DNA of 63,025 nt, counting the filler, from Myxococcota bacterium (lineage in GTDB: Bacteria > Myxococcota_C > UBA6777): NCBI GenBank assembly GCA_023150835.1. It is 3 parts of 3 records of this genome, joined end to end, with 100 filler letters (N's around TTAATTAATTAA, not from the genome) between each part and the next. Parts side by side here need not be neighbours in the genome. Positions count along the whole stretch, not along the records: positions 1 to 25,270 come from JAKLKB010000103.1; 2 more parts are not named here. One strand, 5' to 3'. The notes beneath the pieces were generated by a model that had not been told where the DNA came from, did not search any database, and saw only the letters and a program-made list of their open reading frames with translations. Each line of letters starts with the position of its first letter. Position 1 is the first letter of the stretch. This document shows positions 1 through 11,400 of this stretch, piece by piece. The position numbers and the translations under genes are program-made.

Positions 1-260
1 TCTTCGAAGGGGAGGGGGGGAGGGGTGTGTTGTTTTGTGGGGAAGGGTTTGGTGGAGAGGGCGTCGGTTTGGATTTTTTTGATGATCTCGTCGGAGTAGA
101 GGGCTTGATGTGCTTCGCGGAGGGCTTCGTCGAGTTGGGGGTCATGCTCAGCGAGGCGAAGGATGATAGAGACTTGGTCAAAGTCGCTGTGGTCGAGGGC
201 ATCGAGATAAGCGAGGAGCAGCGCATCGTAATCTTTGGAATGGAGGAGATAACTGTGCAT
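1..260 (-). CDS. Hypothetical helical protein downstream of the ECF sigma (partial, runs off the window edge)
   Basis: Translated by hand from the ATG at 260: MHSYLLHSKDYDALLLAYLDALDHSDFDQVSIILRLAEHDPQLDEALREAHQALYSDE..., open to the edge. GAGG RBS-like site; starts 11 nt after the sigma stop. Confidence 0.7.
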   Translation of the reverse strand, partial: MHSYLLHSKDYDALLLAYLDALDHSDFDQVSIILRLAEHDPQLDEALREAHQALYSDEIIKKIQTDALSTKPFPTKQHTPPPLPFE

Positions 261-271
261 GGTGTGTCGCC

Positions 272-940
272 TCACGAAGCGATGTGTTCGCGCAATCGTT
301 TAAGGGCGCGGAAGATGCGGACGCGGATGGCTCCCGGGGAGGATTGTAGACGTTGTGCGATCTCTTTGGCCGAGTAATGCTGGATGATGGAGAGATGCAA
401 GATCTCTTGGTCTTGGGGTGGGAGTTTGGCGAGGAGGTGGAGGTAGGCTTCTTGATCGTGGAGGAGTTCATCAAAGCGGATGCTGGGTTCGAGCAGGGTG
501 TTGGGGAGGATATCGGAGAAGGCGTCGTGTGTGGGGTGGGCATCGGGAGGGGAGGCGAGGTCAAAGAGCAGGGGTTCGCGTCGGGCTTGTTTGGCGCGTT
601 TGTGTTTTTCTTGGAGGATGAGGTTGGCGGCGATGCCAAGGAGCCAAGCCATCGGGCGGCGATTGTGATCAAAGCGTTCGGCGCTGTGGAGGGCGTGTTC
701 GGTGACGGCATGGAGGAGGTCTTGTGCTTCGTCTCGGATCTGCGGGCCTTGTGCGAGCCCAGCGCGGTAGACGTAGAGGCACAAGGTTTGGAGGATCTCG
801 TCGAGGTGGTCTTGGACAAAGCGCGACAGCAAGGTTCTTTTTTCGGAGGCATTGAGAGACGCAGAAGGCCGCGAAGAAGGGCGTGTCTCTTCTTCTGTGC
901 GATGGCTTTTCAAGGTGCTGTCCTCGTGCGTTGTCCACAT
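272..940 (-). CDS. ECF-type sigma-70 factor
   Basis: Region 2 (AQDLLHAV...RFDHNRRPMAWLLGIAANLI) and region 4 (LAKLPPQDQEIL...SAKEIAQRLQSSPGAIRVRIFRALKRLRE). Start at MWTTHED is inferred. Confidence 0.9.
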   Translation of the reverse strand: MWTTHEDSTLKSHRTEEETRPSSRPSASLNASEKRTLLSRFVQDHLDEILQTLCLYVYRAGLAQGPQIRDEAQDLLHAVTEHALHSAERFDHNRRPMAWLLGIAANLILQEKHKRAKQARREPLLFDLASPPDAHPTHDAFSDILPNTLLEPSIRFDELLHDQEAYLHLLAKLPPQDQEILHLSIIQHYSAKEIAQRLQSSPGAIRVRIFRALKRLREHIAS

Positions 941-1247
941 CTTGCGTTCGCCTTGGGTGTGTTCTGCTCGGTGGTTTTTTACCCTGCGGAGGGTGTGTGC
1001 AGAACGGTGTGATCCGAGCAGGATCTTCGCGGATGCAAGGCAGATCGTTACGCGGCAAAAAAGAAAGAAGAACTTTCGGCAGATCACCGAAGCAAAGGCT
1101 GCGAACGTGGCGTAGCATGGAAAGATCTTGTCGCCTCGCAAGATCCAAGAATGGATGGGTTTAGAAAAAGCAGCATCGCGGCTATTGCGAGAGCCTTGGA
1201 CTCCAAGTGCCGCGACTTGATTCAAGGTGTGGGGTATTTTGTGGAGT

Positions 1248-3641
1248 TTAGGGAGCGCGTAGAGGAGAGGGAGAGCGCAGCGGAAGGCGGCGGTCAAGCA
1301 GCAGGGTGAGAAGAAACAGCAAGGCGGCAAAAGAAGTGAGGGCTGCGCCGAGGAAGAAAGAGCGCGGATGATAGGTGAGTTGGAGGGTGTGTTGGCCTTT
1401 GGGGACACGGACGCCCATGAGCATAAAGTTCGTACGGAACAGGGGGATCGGTTTTCCGTTGAGAGTGGCGCGCCAGTCTTTGTAGAAGAGTTCGTTGATC
1501 AAGACGATACCATCGTTGGGAGCGTCGATTGTGGCGCGGATCTGATTGAAGCTTGCGCGGTGGACGACGGCAGGGACGCCGCGTGATGGGGGTTTTTTTT
1601 GGGGGGGGGTTGGGGGAGCGAGTGACAAAGAGCGCGGGGTATGGTGAAGCGTCAGCGGAGGCCAAGGCAAAACAGAAAGGCCGGCAACATAGGGGAGATC
1701 GTCTGCTTCAACGATCACAACTCGCCAAGGATCGAGCTTTTGCATGGCGGGGATCACATCGCTTTTGCGATCGACTTGGACGACGTGCGGAACCCACAAG
1801 ATGCGTGGGATCGGGTCGGTGAGTCGGTAGCTTTGGATGTATCCTTGTCGGCCTTCGTTTTGCCAACGCGAGGAGAAGCGTTGGTGCTTTCCAAGGCACC
1901 ACTGGTAATGGTCGTTTCCGGGGAGGCAAGCAAGGTAGCGATAGACGTTAAAGAAACGGAGGATATCGGGATCTTGGCGGATAATCGGTAAGAGTTCGTA
2001 GTAGCGGCGAGAGAGCAAGGGGTGATCGTAATTCATGGCGTCACGAACGAGATAAATATTCGAGGCATTGCGGGAGCCATCTTCGATATCGTTCATCGTG
2101 CGGTAGGCTCCGAGGGGGCCGCGTGGTTGTGCGCGCAGGATCGGGGAAATCCAGCCTACAAAACGGCTGTGGGGGCTGGTGTCATACATGGGATGATAAG
2201 CGTAGAGATCGAAGGCAAACACAAACAGGAAAAGGCCGTACCACCAAAGGCTGCGAGGTTCGATGCGCAAGGCGAAGAGAAATGTCGCGCCCAGCACAAA
2301 GACCGCTGTGATGTGCAAGATCGGGCGAAGGGCGTGATAATTCATCTCGTAGAGTTCACCGATCCAGACGATGCCCCAAAGCGTGGGAAGAAGCAGCAAA
2401 AGCGCAAAAGCAAGGCCGCGCAAGAAGCGTCTGCTGTGTTGTGCGGTGGCGCGGGCGAGCAACCCATCCAAACCGATCGCCACCAAGATCGGCAAGGCTA
2501 CCGCCAACAGAAAGTGATAGCGGATCGATCGACGAAATGTTGCAGCCCCCGGAAAACCGAGATAAACCAGATCGATGGCAAAGGCGTGCGGACCCATCGA
2601 AAGCAAGATCCCGAGGATCCCCGAGAACACGCAAAAGATCACCAAAGAGCGCAAACGACGAGACAAAAGCATCGCTGCTCCGGCCAACACCAGTGTCAGG
2701 AGTCCGTGATAGTAAAGTGGTTCGTAGCCGGGAAGCAAAAAGCCCAAGACATGGAAGTAATGAACCCATGTATCCGCCATAAAATGATAGCCCACCCCCA
2801 CCCGCCGCGTGGTATGAAGGATATCCATGAAAGGCAGCACGACCACCGCAGCTAGAGCACCCGCAACGGCGATACTAAACGGAAGCCACCGTAGCAAGGG
2901 TAAGATCACTTCTTTCCATCCGTGTATCCGCCCTTCTTGAACGATGCGAAAGACAAAGTACGCAGTCAACCAAAACACGAGGTAAAACACCCCGGGCGGT
3001 CCTCCCGCAAGGACGGACATCCCGCACACAAACCCCAACGCTGCAGCGCGTCGCCATGTCGGGCGAGCCATCAACCATTCAAGCGCCAACATCGCCCAAG
3101 GCAGCCACGCAAAGGATTGCATAAACTTGAGGTAATAGGCGCGGTTGACAAACCCGTTGGACATCGCAACCAAGCCACCCAAAAGCGCGGCGCGATGAGA
3201 AAGCCCGATCTGCCGCAGATAACAGTGCATCCCAAGCCCAAACAAACCGACAGGAGCCAGCGTCACCCATTCAAAGACATAAAACGCGCTGACCCGATCC
3301 AGTAAAGCGCCCGCCACAAGGTAGATCCAAGACAGCGGATAATAGACGCCGTTTTGCGGATCTGAAACGATCGGAAAGCCAAAGTTCATAAAGGGGTTGT
3401 AGATCGCCCAATCTCCGCCACGAAGGGCTTCGACATGGACGTGCATATCGGGCCAATACTCGTGATAGACGTCGCCGTTCATAAAAAGCTGATGGGGTGA
3501 CTTGACCGTCCAAAAGCGCCAGAACTTGGCGATAGGTGCGAGAAAAAGATAAAAAAGCACCCATCCGATCCAAGCCCACCCACGCGATCGTTGGGGAGGG
3601 ATCGACGAATTCTCATGTTCGTGTAACAAGGCATTCTCCAA
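1248..3641 (-). CDS. YfhO-family multi-TM membrane protein (GT-C-like glycosyltransferase)
   Basis: N-terminal YNPFMNFGFP...DPQNGVYYP, many TM segments, C-terminal INELFYKDWRATLNGKPIPLFRTNFMLMGVRVPKGQH typical of YfhO proteins. Confidence 0.85.
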   Translation of the reverse strand: MENALLHEHENSSIPPQRSRGWAWIGWVLFYLFLAPIAKFWRFWTVKSPHQLFMNGDVYHEYWPDMHVHVEALRGGDWAIYNPFMNFGFPIVSDPQNGVYYPLSWIYLVAGALLDRVSAFYVFEWVTLAPVGLFGLGMHCYLRQIGLSHRAALLGGLVAMSNGFVNRAYYLKFMQSFAWLPWAMLALEWLMARPTWRRAAALGFVCGMSVLAGGPPGVFYLVFWLTAYFVFRIVQEGRIHGWKEVILPLLRWLPFSIAVAGALAAVVVLPFMDILHTTRRVGVGYHFMADTWVHYFHVLGFLLPGYEPLYYHGLLTLVLAGAAMLLSRRLRSLVIFCVFSGILGILLSMGPHAFAIDLVYLGFPGAATFRRSIRYHFLLAVALPILVAIGLDGLLARATAQHSRRFLRGLAFALLLLLPTLWGIVWIGELYEMNYHALRPILHITAVFVLGATFLFALRIEPRSLWWYGLFLFVFAFDLYAYHPMYDTSPHSRFVGWISPILRAQPRGPLGAYRTMNDIEDGSRNASNIYLVRDAMNYDHPLLSRRYYELLPIIRQDPDILRFFNVYRYLACLPGNDHYQWCLGKHQRFSSRWQNEGRQGYIQSYRLTDPIPRILWVPHVVQVDRKSDVIPAMQKLDPWRVVIVEADDLPYVAGLSVLPWPPLTLHHTPRSLSLAPPTPPQKKPPSRGVPAVVHRASFNQIRATIDAPNDGIVLINELFYKDWRATLNGKPIPLFRTNFMLMGVRVPKGQHTLQLTYHPRSFFLGAALTSFAALLFLLTLLLDRRLPLRSPSPLRAP

Positions 3642-3731
3642 ATAAGAGAGGACTTACGCAGTTGCCCAAAAAAACCCCGTGTTCGCGGTATTTCAAGCGA
3701 GAGGGTCGTCTGTGTGAAAAACAGTAATCGT

Positions 3732-3791
3732 TTCGCCCCTTTCGGGGTCAAGGGGCGACAGTCTAGGGTGGGGTGTGGGGTGAAACCCCAC
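3732..3791 (+). repeat. REP-like palindromic element, family A (GGGGTCAAGGGG...GTGGGG..CCCCAC)
   Basis: Related copies at 25098, 46010 (rev), 53455 and 60586 (rev). Confidence 0.75.
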
Positions 3792-3974
3792 CACATCAGC
3801 CCAAGTGCGTAAGTCCTATAAGACAAGGATATCTTTGCACGCCAGCAGGTGGATCTTGCGCGTGATGTACGGTATACCTTTGCGGTCTGCGGGCGTCTGC
3901 ATCCTACGAACAGAAGCCCCGTGTCGTCAAGCAAATCCAAAAGGAGCGTTGTTTTGCGAAAGGTTCTGTCTTTG

Positions 3975-6900
3975 ATGGCGGGTGTATGTGGTTTGTGTTG
4001 GGCGCGGCTTGGCTGGATCGGACGAGGGTGCTGGCGTGCGATCCAGCCCATCGGATGCGCGTGTCTGCTTTGGGTGTGCCTACGCTGTAGCGGGGGAGGA
4101 CGAGAGTGGGCGATCAAGACCATTGGATGGGCGTGTTGGTTGTGGGTGAGTTGGGCTTTTTCGGCGCACGCGCAAAACCCGCTGGATCTTGTGACGGGCG
4201 GAAAAAGTAGCGAGAGCAAGTCGTTACGGCTGCTTTCTCCGAGCGAGATCGAGATCGAAACTTTGCAGAGTCGACAAAAAGAAGTGCAGCAATACTACGC
4301 GGATCTGCAAAAACAACAAAACGCACACTTGGAAGTGATCACGCGAGAGATGCGAGAACTGCGCGAAGATGCCGAACAAAATCGCCGCGCACACACCCAA
4401 GCCGTCGCACGCGCAGATATCGAAGAGGGTGTGTTGCGCGCACAGATCATGCGGCTGTACGAAGAAGAGCGCGTCTTGTTGCGCAGCATGGAGTCTGCTT
4501 ACTCTTCGCGATCACAGAGTTTGTTGAACTTGCGTGATATCCTTCAGTCTCATCTCACGACAAGAAAAAAGCTAAAAACATGGCTCAAACGGCGATTTGG
4601 TCCAGAAGACGTCAAAAAGTTGCAACAACTTCTGATCCGTTTGGCTTTGCGGCACAACCAAAGCATAGAAGCCCACAAACAAAGCAGCCGCCAATTGGCC
4701 CAATTCAATCGCCTGATCGAAGAAGGGCAGATCGCTCTCCACCAAGCGCGCCAAGCGCTGTTGGCTGCGCCTTCGGAAGTTGGCGACGTAAGGTCTCCTT
4801 CCACACAGCCGGTCACCTCGCGCCCCACGATACCTTCGCTGTTGCTCTCTCCAAGCAAGTCCTCGGACCCACTCGTGGAGCGCCAACGTCGGACTTTTCT
4901 TGGAAGCCTCGAAGCGCAGCACAAACGTGTTCAATTTGATGTGGCGCGTTTGCGTGTTCGCCTACAACAGATCCGCCAAGAAGATGAGCGCTACAACCAA
5001 GAGTTTTATTCGTATCGTATGCAGCTTTACGCTTTTTTGTCGAAACGGGCCGAGCGGCATCTTGGCCGCATCGCAGATCGGGCTGAAGGTGGCTTGTGGT
5101 TTCGCAAAAAGCTGCGCTTTCATCGCGATATCTGGAGAGGCATTGAAAAGCACAACCAGCGCATCGAAAAACAAAGTCCGATCGTCTGGGCTGCTTTTCA
5201 CAAAGAACTTGTGCGCAGTTATACAGGGGCGCGTTTGGGCCTCGGGATCGGGTTGGAGATCTTGCTTGGGCTTGGCTTGATCTTCTTGGTTTTCTCGACG
5301 TTTTGGCTGCGTGTGCAGATCCGCAAGATATTGAAGCCGCTGGTGGTGCGTATTGAGAAGTCCACGAATACCCGCCGTTTGTGGCAAACACTCTGGCTTG
5401 GTCTCAAGATCCTGTATGACCATCTGCCCCTGTTGGTGGGATACGCCGCGTTGTGGCTGTTGATCGGTATGTTGAATGCCCCCGAACCTTGGGAGAATGT
5501 ACTGGTGGGTCTGGCTTTGTTGTGGGTGTTTTTGCGCACAACGCTCACGCTGATCGATCTGTTGTTTCACAAAGATCCGACAGAGCGCCTTGTCACGGAA
5601 CTTGACGAAGCCACCAACGCCAGTTTTCGACGCACGCTAAAAGTCGTGAGCGTCTTGCTGTTTGGGTTTTGGGCAGCAAAAGACATCTTGTATGGGCTGA
5701 ATTATCCGCCCGATGCGTTGGCTTATGTCGACGTCGTGTTGGCGGCGTTTGTGGTGTTGTGCCTTCAACTGATCTTGTGGAACAAAGATGCGATCCTATC
5801 GATCATTCCGAGGGATACGAAGTTTGGCCGGTTTGTTTTGCTTTGGACGTATCGGCTGTATCGCTATTTGTCGGCGTTGGTGTTTGTTTTATTTGGGGTG
5901 TATGTGTGGGGATATCGAGCCTTTTCGGTATTTGTTGCACAGGGCCTGTTGTATTCGGTGTTGGTGTTGGTGTTGATCTACGGTGCGTATGACGTGCTGT
6001 GGCAGGTGGTGTTGTGGATCTTTGGCTTTTCACGGGGCGAGCAAGCGGTGATCCAATTGGAGCGGCGTACCGCACGCAATGTCATCCGCTTTTTGCAGGT
6101 GTTTGTGACGGGCTTGTTGTCTGGATCGGCGCTGTTGTTTTTGCTCGAAGTGTGGGGGATATCGGGGGCATGGGAGGCGTTAGTGCAAGTGGTGACGTAT
6201 CCGCTGGTGCGCGTCCAAGATACACATATCACACCGATCTCTTTAGGAAAGTTTGCGATCGCGGTGGTGGTCTCTGTTTGGTTGTCCAATGTCGTCAAGC
6301 GGCGGTTTTCGGATGTGTTGTATCCGCTGCTCAATCTGGCACCGAGCAGTCAGTATGCCGCCAATACCTTGGTCGGCTACACGATTATCATCGTGGGAGC
6401 TTTGGGAGGATTGCAATGGATGGGGGTTGGACTGGGCGGATTAGCGGTCTTTGCGGGAGTGATCGGGATCGGCGTGGGCTTTGGATTGCAAAACATCGCG
6501 AACAACTTCATCTCGGGTCTGTTGATCATTTTCGGTCGCCCGATCGCTGTCAACGATGTGATCGAAGTGGGCGGTCTGATGGGCGAAGTCAAAGAGATCA
6601 GCACGCGCTCTGTGACGATCGAGACGTTGGATGGCCGCTGGGTGCTGATCCCCAACTCCGAGATATTGACGAGCAAGGTGATCAATTGGACCTTGGGGCC
6701 TCCGTATGTGTGGGTCAACGTCGATGTCGGGGTGGCTTATGGCAGCGAGACGCGACTTGTGCAACGGCTGTTGTTAGAAGTTGCACAAGCCCATCCCAAC
6801 GTCGTCAAAACACCCGCTCCAAGCGTGCGTTTTCGTGACTTTGGGGCGAGTTCTTTGGACTTTGCGCTGTGGGTGGCTGTGGCGGATCCGCTTGCGCGCA

Positions 6901-7253
6901 ACTCGATCTTGAGCGAGCTTCGCTACGCGATCGACGAGGCATTTCGCCGCAGCGAGATCGTGATCGCTTTCCCCCAACAAGATATCCATCTGCGCCCCGA
7001 ACTGGAGGACGCGCTGGTCGATGCGTTCAAAACACAGGCTCATGCGCCTTCTCCGCGTTCAATCTCTCCTCTCCCCAATGTCTCACTTCAACCGACCCGC
7101 GAGATCCGCACTTTTGCGTCTCTTGAAGACTCCCCTTCGCGCCACCCCGAGAAAGCGCCTCCACCCCACGACCTCTCCCAAGGTCTTCTTGAAGATTCCC
7201 CTGCTCGCCCTTTTGAGCCTCACCCAACGTCAGAAAAAAAGCACTCTGATTAA
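3975..7253 (+). CDS. Large MscS-family mechanosensitive channel (MscK/MscM-like architecture)
   Basis: C-terminal GIGVGFGLQNIANNFISGLLIIFGRPIAVNDVIEV, IPNSEIL, VGVAYGS and FGASSLDF motifs; N-terminal coiled coil plus many TMs. Start uncertain. Confidence 0.92.
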   Translation: MAGVCGLCWARLGWIGRGCWRAIQPIGCACLLWVCLRCSGGGREWAIKTIGWACWLWVSWAFSAHAQNPLDLVTGGKSSESKSLRLLSPSEIEIETLQSRQKEVQQYYADLQKQQNAHLEVITREMRELREDAEQNRRAHTQAVARADIEEGVLRAQIMRLYEEERVLLRSMESAYSSRSQSLLNLRDILQSHLTTRKKLKTWLKRRFGPEDVKKLQQLLIRLALRHNQSIEAHKQSSRQLAQFNRLIEEGQIALHQARQALLAAPSEVGDVRSPSTQPVTSRPTIPSLLLSPSKSSDPLVERQRRTFLGSLEAQHKRVQFDVARLRVRLQQIRQEDERYNQEFYSYRMQLYAFLSKRAERHLGRIADRAEGGLWFRKKLRFHRDIWRGIEKHNQRIEKQSPIVWAAFHKELVRSYTGARLGLGIGLEILLGLGLIFLVFSTFWLRVQIRKILKPLVVRIEKSTNTRRLWQTLWLGLKILYDHLPLLVGYAALWLLIGMLNAPEPWENVLVGLALLWVFLRTTLTLIDLLFHKDPTERLVTELDEATNASFRRTLKVVSVLLFGFWAAKDILYGLNYPPDALAYVDVVLAAFVVLCLQLILWNKDAILSIIPRDTKFGRFVLLWTYRLYRYLSALVFVLFGVYVWGYRAFSVFVAQGLLYSVLVLVLIYGAYDVLWQVVLWIFGFSRGEQAVIQLERRTARNVIRFLQVFVTGLLSGSALLFLLEVWGISGAWEALVQVVTYPLVRVQDTHITPISLGKFAIAVVVSVWLSNVVKRRFSDVLYPLLNLAPSSQYAANTLVGYTIIIVGALGGLQWMGVGLGGLAVFAGVIGIGVGFGLQNIANNFISGLLIIFGRPIAVNDVIEVGGLMGEVKEISTRSVTIETLDGRWVLIPNSEILTSKVINWTLGPPYVWVNVDVGVAYGSETRLVQRLLLEVAQAHPNVVKTPAPSVRFRDFGASSLDFALWVAVADPLARNSILSELRYAIDEAFRRSEIVIAFPQQDIHLRPELEDALVDAFKTQAHAPSPRSISPLPNVSLQPTREIRTFASLEDSPSRHPEKAPPPHDLSQGLLEDSPARPFEPHPTSEKKHSD

Positions 7254-8419
7254 GCGGCGAGGGCATATTCTTTCCACAAGGTGTCGATTTGATCGAGATC
7301 TCGGAGAAAGCGTTGGATGGTAGAAAATAAGGCATCGCGATCTTGGTGGAGGGCGGTGAGGATATCTTTTTGAGGGGCGTCTTGTTCTTGGGGAAAGTGC
7401 AGCAAACTGGAGAGCAGTTGGCGGAGTCGTTGGGCGATCTTTTGATCGGCTTGCAGCCGATCGCGCATAAAGGACGGAAGCAGGCGGGTATCGTGAACTT
7501 GGAGCAGGTGGCTCCAGCCTGTGATCATGCGGTGGATCTGGGTTTCCCAATCGAGCAAGCGCAGGCCAGACAACTTGTAAAACCGTTGAGCAAGGCGTTG
7601 ACGGCGCAAAAAGCCGAAGCGTTCGATGTGATTTTGGATGGCGCGAAAATGCAGAAGCAAACCGCGCAACGCGCCGAGTATGCGGTGGATATGCGCATGA
7701 AGGCGTTGCATCTTCTGTGTTTCTTTCGCGGAGGAAGAGGCATCGGCTTGCGCGGAGAGGGGGAGCGTAGAGGAGCGTGCGTTGATCTTTTCGATGGCGA
7801 CGTGGATATCGATCCCAGAGGGCAGGGAGAGAAAACAGACGTTGTGTTGTTCGAGGGTGAGCGCCCACTGTTCGGCCAAGAGGCGCGACCATCGCTCGAC
7901 CAACGTCGGCCAAGGCTCTTGGGATTGCTGGGCGGTGGCCTGTTCGGGCCACAGCAAAAACACATGGCGGATGGCTTCTTCTTGGCGGGTCGGGAGAGCG
8001 GGGGATGGAGGCTCCCACGACCGCAAGAGGGAAACGAGCTGCGCGAAGGCTGCAAAGAGTTCGCTCCATGCTGCGCTCGATTGCGTCCGTAGATCCGAGT
8101 CTTGCGCACAAGGGATCTCCCAAAAAAGCAGAGCCGCTGTTGTGGACGAGGGCGTTTTGACCGAATCGTCGGGCGTTTCGGCTTTCTGACATTGATGTTG
8201 AGGGGCCACCCATCCAAGCTGTGCGCGCTCCGCGTCTGTGAGATGCGACACAAAATTCGACAAGCCCGAAGGAGAAAAGCCCGACGATTCGAGGCGCGTC
8301 TCATCCAATTGTCCCGCCCATCCATCTGAAAGCAATCGATGCAACAGCCGCTGTGACCATGCGCTTTGCAGGGCCCCGCACCAGACAAAAGATTGCGAAG
8401 AGGGTGGTTGTGATATCAT
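7250..8419 (-). CDS. Hypothetical protein, helical C-terminal half
   Basis: 389-aa ORF filling the gap, co-oriented with the upstream DsbA-like gene; no recognisable motif. Confidence 0.65.
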   Translation of the reverse strand: MISQPPSSQSFVWCGALQSAWSQRLLHRLLSDGWAGQLDETRLESSGFSPSGLSNFVSHLTDAERAQLGWVAPQHQCQKAETPDDSVKTPSSTTAALLFWEIPCAQDSDLRTQSSAAWSELFAAFAQLVSLLRSWEPPSPALPTRQEEAIRHVFLLWPEQATAQQSQEPWPTLVERWSRLLAEQWALTLEQHNVCFLSLPSGIDIHVAIEKINARSSTLPLSAQADASSSAKETQKMQRLHAHIHRILGALRGLLLHFRAIQNHIERFGFLRRQRLAQRFYKLSGLRLLDWETQIHRMITGWSHLLQVHDTRLLPSFMRDRLQADQKIAQRLRQLLSSLLHFPQEQDAPQKDILTALHQDRDALFSTIQRFLRDLDQIDTLWKEYALAA

Positions 8420-8452
8420 CGCAGTATCCGAGGTTTGTGGTTGACAAGAGAT

Positions 8453-11400
8453 TTAACGGCGTGAAGGCGGAGCGCAAGTGCCTGTGTTGTTGGTCCCGGG
8501 GGCGCAGTTTTCTTGCTTGGGAGCAGAGCGTGTCGGCGGAGGCGTCGTTGGTGCGGGGGCTTTCAACAAGTCCAGCGAAGGAACCAGTGAGCCGCTGGAG
8601 GGGGGAGCCTTGGTGGGGTCGTTGGTTTTGGCGGGTGTTGGCGCTTTCAACGCTGCTTCGATGGCCGCTTTGAGATCTTCGTAGGTGGGGGACTTGATGC
8701 GTGTGTTGTTGACAAAGAACGTGGGCGTTCCGCTGACGCCAAAGCGTTCGCCGATCTCCATGTCTTTGTCGACGGCTTCTTTGTAAACGCCCGCATCAAG
8801 GGATTGTTGGAGGTGCAAGACATTCATTCCGATCTCTTGAGCGTAGCGTTCGAGATCGGCGCGTTGGAGCTTGCTGTAGTTGGCGAAAAGTTTGTCGTGG
8901 TATTGCCAAAACTTCCCTTGTTCTTGGGCGACCATCGCTGCTTGCGAGGCAAGGTGGGCGTTTTTGTGGAAGCTCAGCGGATAGTGCTTAAACACAAAGC
9001 GCACACGATCTTTGTATTCTGTGGCGAGTTTTTGGAGTGTGAGCGCGGCTTTGGAACAGAAAGGACATTCAAAGTCGGAAAACTCGACCACCGTCACGCG
9101 GGCTTTTTCGGCTCCTTTCCATGCGGAGCCTTGGGTCGGGATGTTTGAAAAGTCAGGCAGTTCCGAGGCTTTGACGCCTTTGGCGAGCAGGATGTCGTTG
9201 AGCTTTTTGGCGATATCGCCAAAGCTCGCCCCTTGGGATGCCTCGTTGTTGACGTAGAACGAAGGGGTTCCACCCACACCAAAACGTCCGCCAAGGCTCA
9301 TATCTGCATCGACTTCTTCTTTGTAAAGGCCCGAATCAAGGGCTTTTCTGAATCTGTCCATGTCGAGGCCGATCTCTTGGGCATAGCGATCCAGATCGGT
9401 GCGCAAGAGATTGCGTTGGTTGGCAAAGAGTTTGTCGTGGTATTCCCAGAACTTGCCTTGGGCGTGAGCAGCGACGGAAGCTTGTGAGGCGAGGTGGGCG
9501 TTTTTGTGGAAGCTCAACGGGTAGTGTTTGAACACAAAGCGCACATAACGGCCATAGGTTTTTTCAAGTTGTTTGAGTGTATTGGCAGCCCGTGAGCAGT
9601 AAGGACACTCGAAGTCAGAGAACTCGACGACGGTTGCGAGGGGCTGTTTTGCGCCTTTCCAAGCGGAGTTTCGCAGCGGGATCTCGGTGGCCGAAGGAAG
9701 CTCGCTTGGGGGAACGCCTTTTTTCGAGAGGATATCGTTGAGGGTTTGGGAAAGCGCCTTGTAATCGACCCCTGTGGCTTTTTTGCCTTCGACAAAGAAG
9801 CTTGGTGTGCCGCTCACCCCGATGCGTGTGCCTTCTGCCATCTCAAGATCGACACGCCCTTTGTAGATCCCCGAATCAAGGGATTTTTTGAACTTGTCCA
9901 TATCGAGGCCGACCTCTTGGGCGTAACGTTCGAGATCAGCGCGCAAGAGATTGCGTTGGTTGGCAAAGAGTTTGTCGTGGTATTCCCAGAACTTGCCTTG
10001 TTCTTGGGCGGCGATAGAAGCCTGTGAGGCAAGGTGGGCATTTTTGTGGAAGCTCAGCGGATAGTGCTTGAAGACAAAGCGCACGTATTTTTTGTAATCC
10101 GCAGCCAAGGCGGAAAGAGTGTTTGCAGCCCGTGAACAATAAGGACACTCGAAGTCAGAGAACTCGACGACGGTTGCAAGAGGGGTTTCTGCGCCCTTCC
10201 AAGCGGAGTTTCCGAGGGTGATCTCTTCGCCGGGTTCTTCGGGGAGATCGGTTTTTTTGATGCCTTTTTGCAAAAGGATCGGATCGATGGCCTCTTTGAA
10301 AGCAGAAAAAGACAAGCCGCTGCTCAGTTTTTGACCGTTGATAAAGAAGGTGGGGGTTCCACGCACACCGATTTTGTTGCCTTGGCGGATATCTTCGTCC
10401 ACAAAGTTGCCAAGAGATACGGAGTCAAGGGCTTGGGTGAAGCTGTCCATATCCAGTTCGAGCGAGCGAGCATACGCAAGCAAAGACGGGCGTGTCAGGT
10501 TCTTTTGGCCGGCAAACAACAGATCGTGGTAGGCCCAAAACTTCCCTTGTTGGTGGGCGGCCATCGAGGCGGTCGCTGCGCCTTTGGCGGCAAAGTGAAA
10601 GCCGAGCGGATAATGCTTAAACACAACGCGTACTTTGTCTCCATAAGCACGTGCGACTTTTTTTACAGCCTGTGCGCCTTGGACGCAGTAGGGGCATTCA
10701 AAGTCGGAGAACTCAACGATCGTCACAGGAGCATCATCAGGCCCGAGGGTAGGGGCTTCTCCTACAGCGATCACTTGGGGCTTGTCGTCTTCGGCGTCGC
10801 GGGGGCGGGGTGGGGGAGCAGCTTCGCGCTGTTTGCCTTTTTCGATGATGGCGTTGTAGAGGGCATCTCCGCGTTGACCTTTGGCGATCTGAGGCTTGAG
10901 ACGTTCGAGTTCGTCATCGATCAGCCCTTTGACATCTTTGTCCGTGAGGGCGCTCGCGAGGCGTCCGTTGACGAAGGCGGTGGGGGTGCCTTGGACGCCC
11001 ACTTGTGCGCCGAGTTTCATGTCTTCGTCTACTTCGGATGCGTGGGTTTTTTTGTCGAGGGCTTCTTTGAACCGCGCCATATCAAGGCCGATCTCTCGGG
11101 CATAACGATCAAGGTGGCTGCGTTGGAGCTTGCGTTGGTTGGCGAACAGCTTGTCGTGGTATTGCCAAAACTTTCCTTGGCGCATCGCTTCGATCGAGGC
11201 TTGCGAGGCGAGATGCGCGTTTTTGTGAAAGCTGAGCGGAAAGTGCTTGAAAGCGTAGCGAACTTTTCCTTGGTATTGTTGGGCCAGCGTTTCAAGGGTT
11301 TTGGCTCCACGAGAGCAAAAAGGACATTCAAAGTCGGAGAACTCGACGATCGTGACGATCGCGTTTTTGTCGCCTTTTTGTGGAGAAGTTCCGAGGGGAA

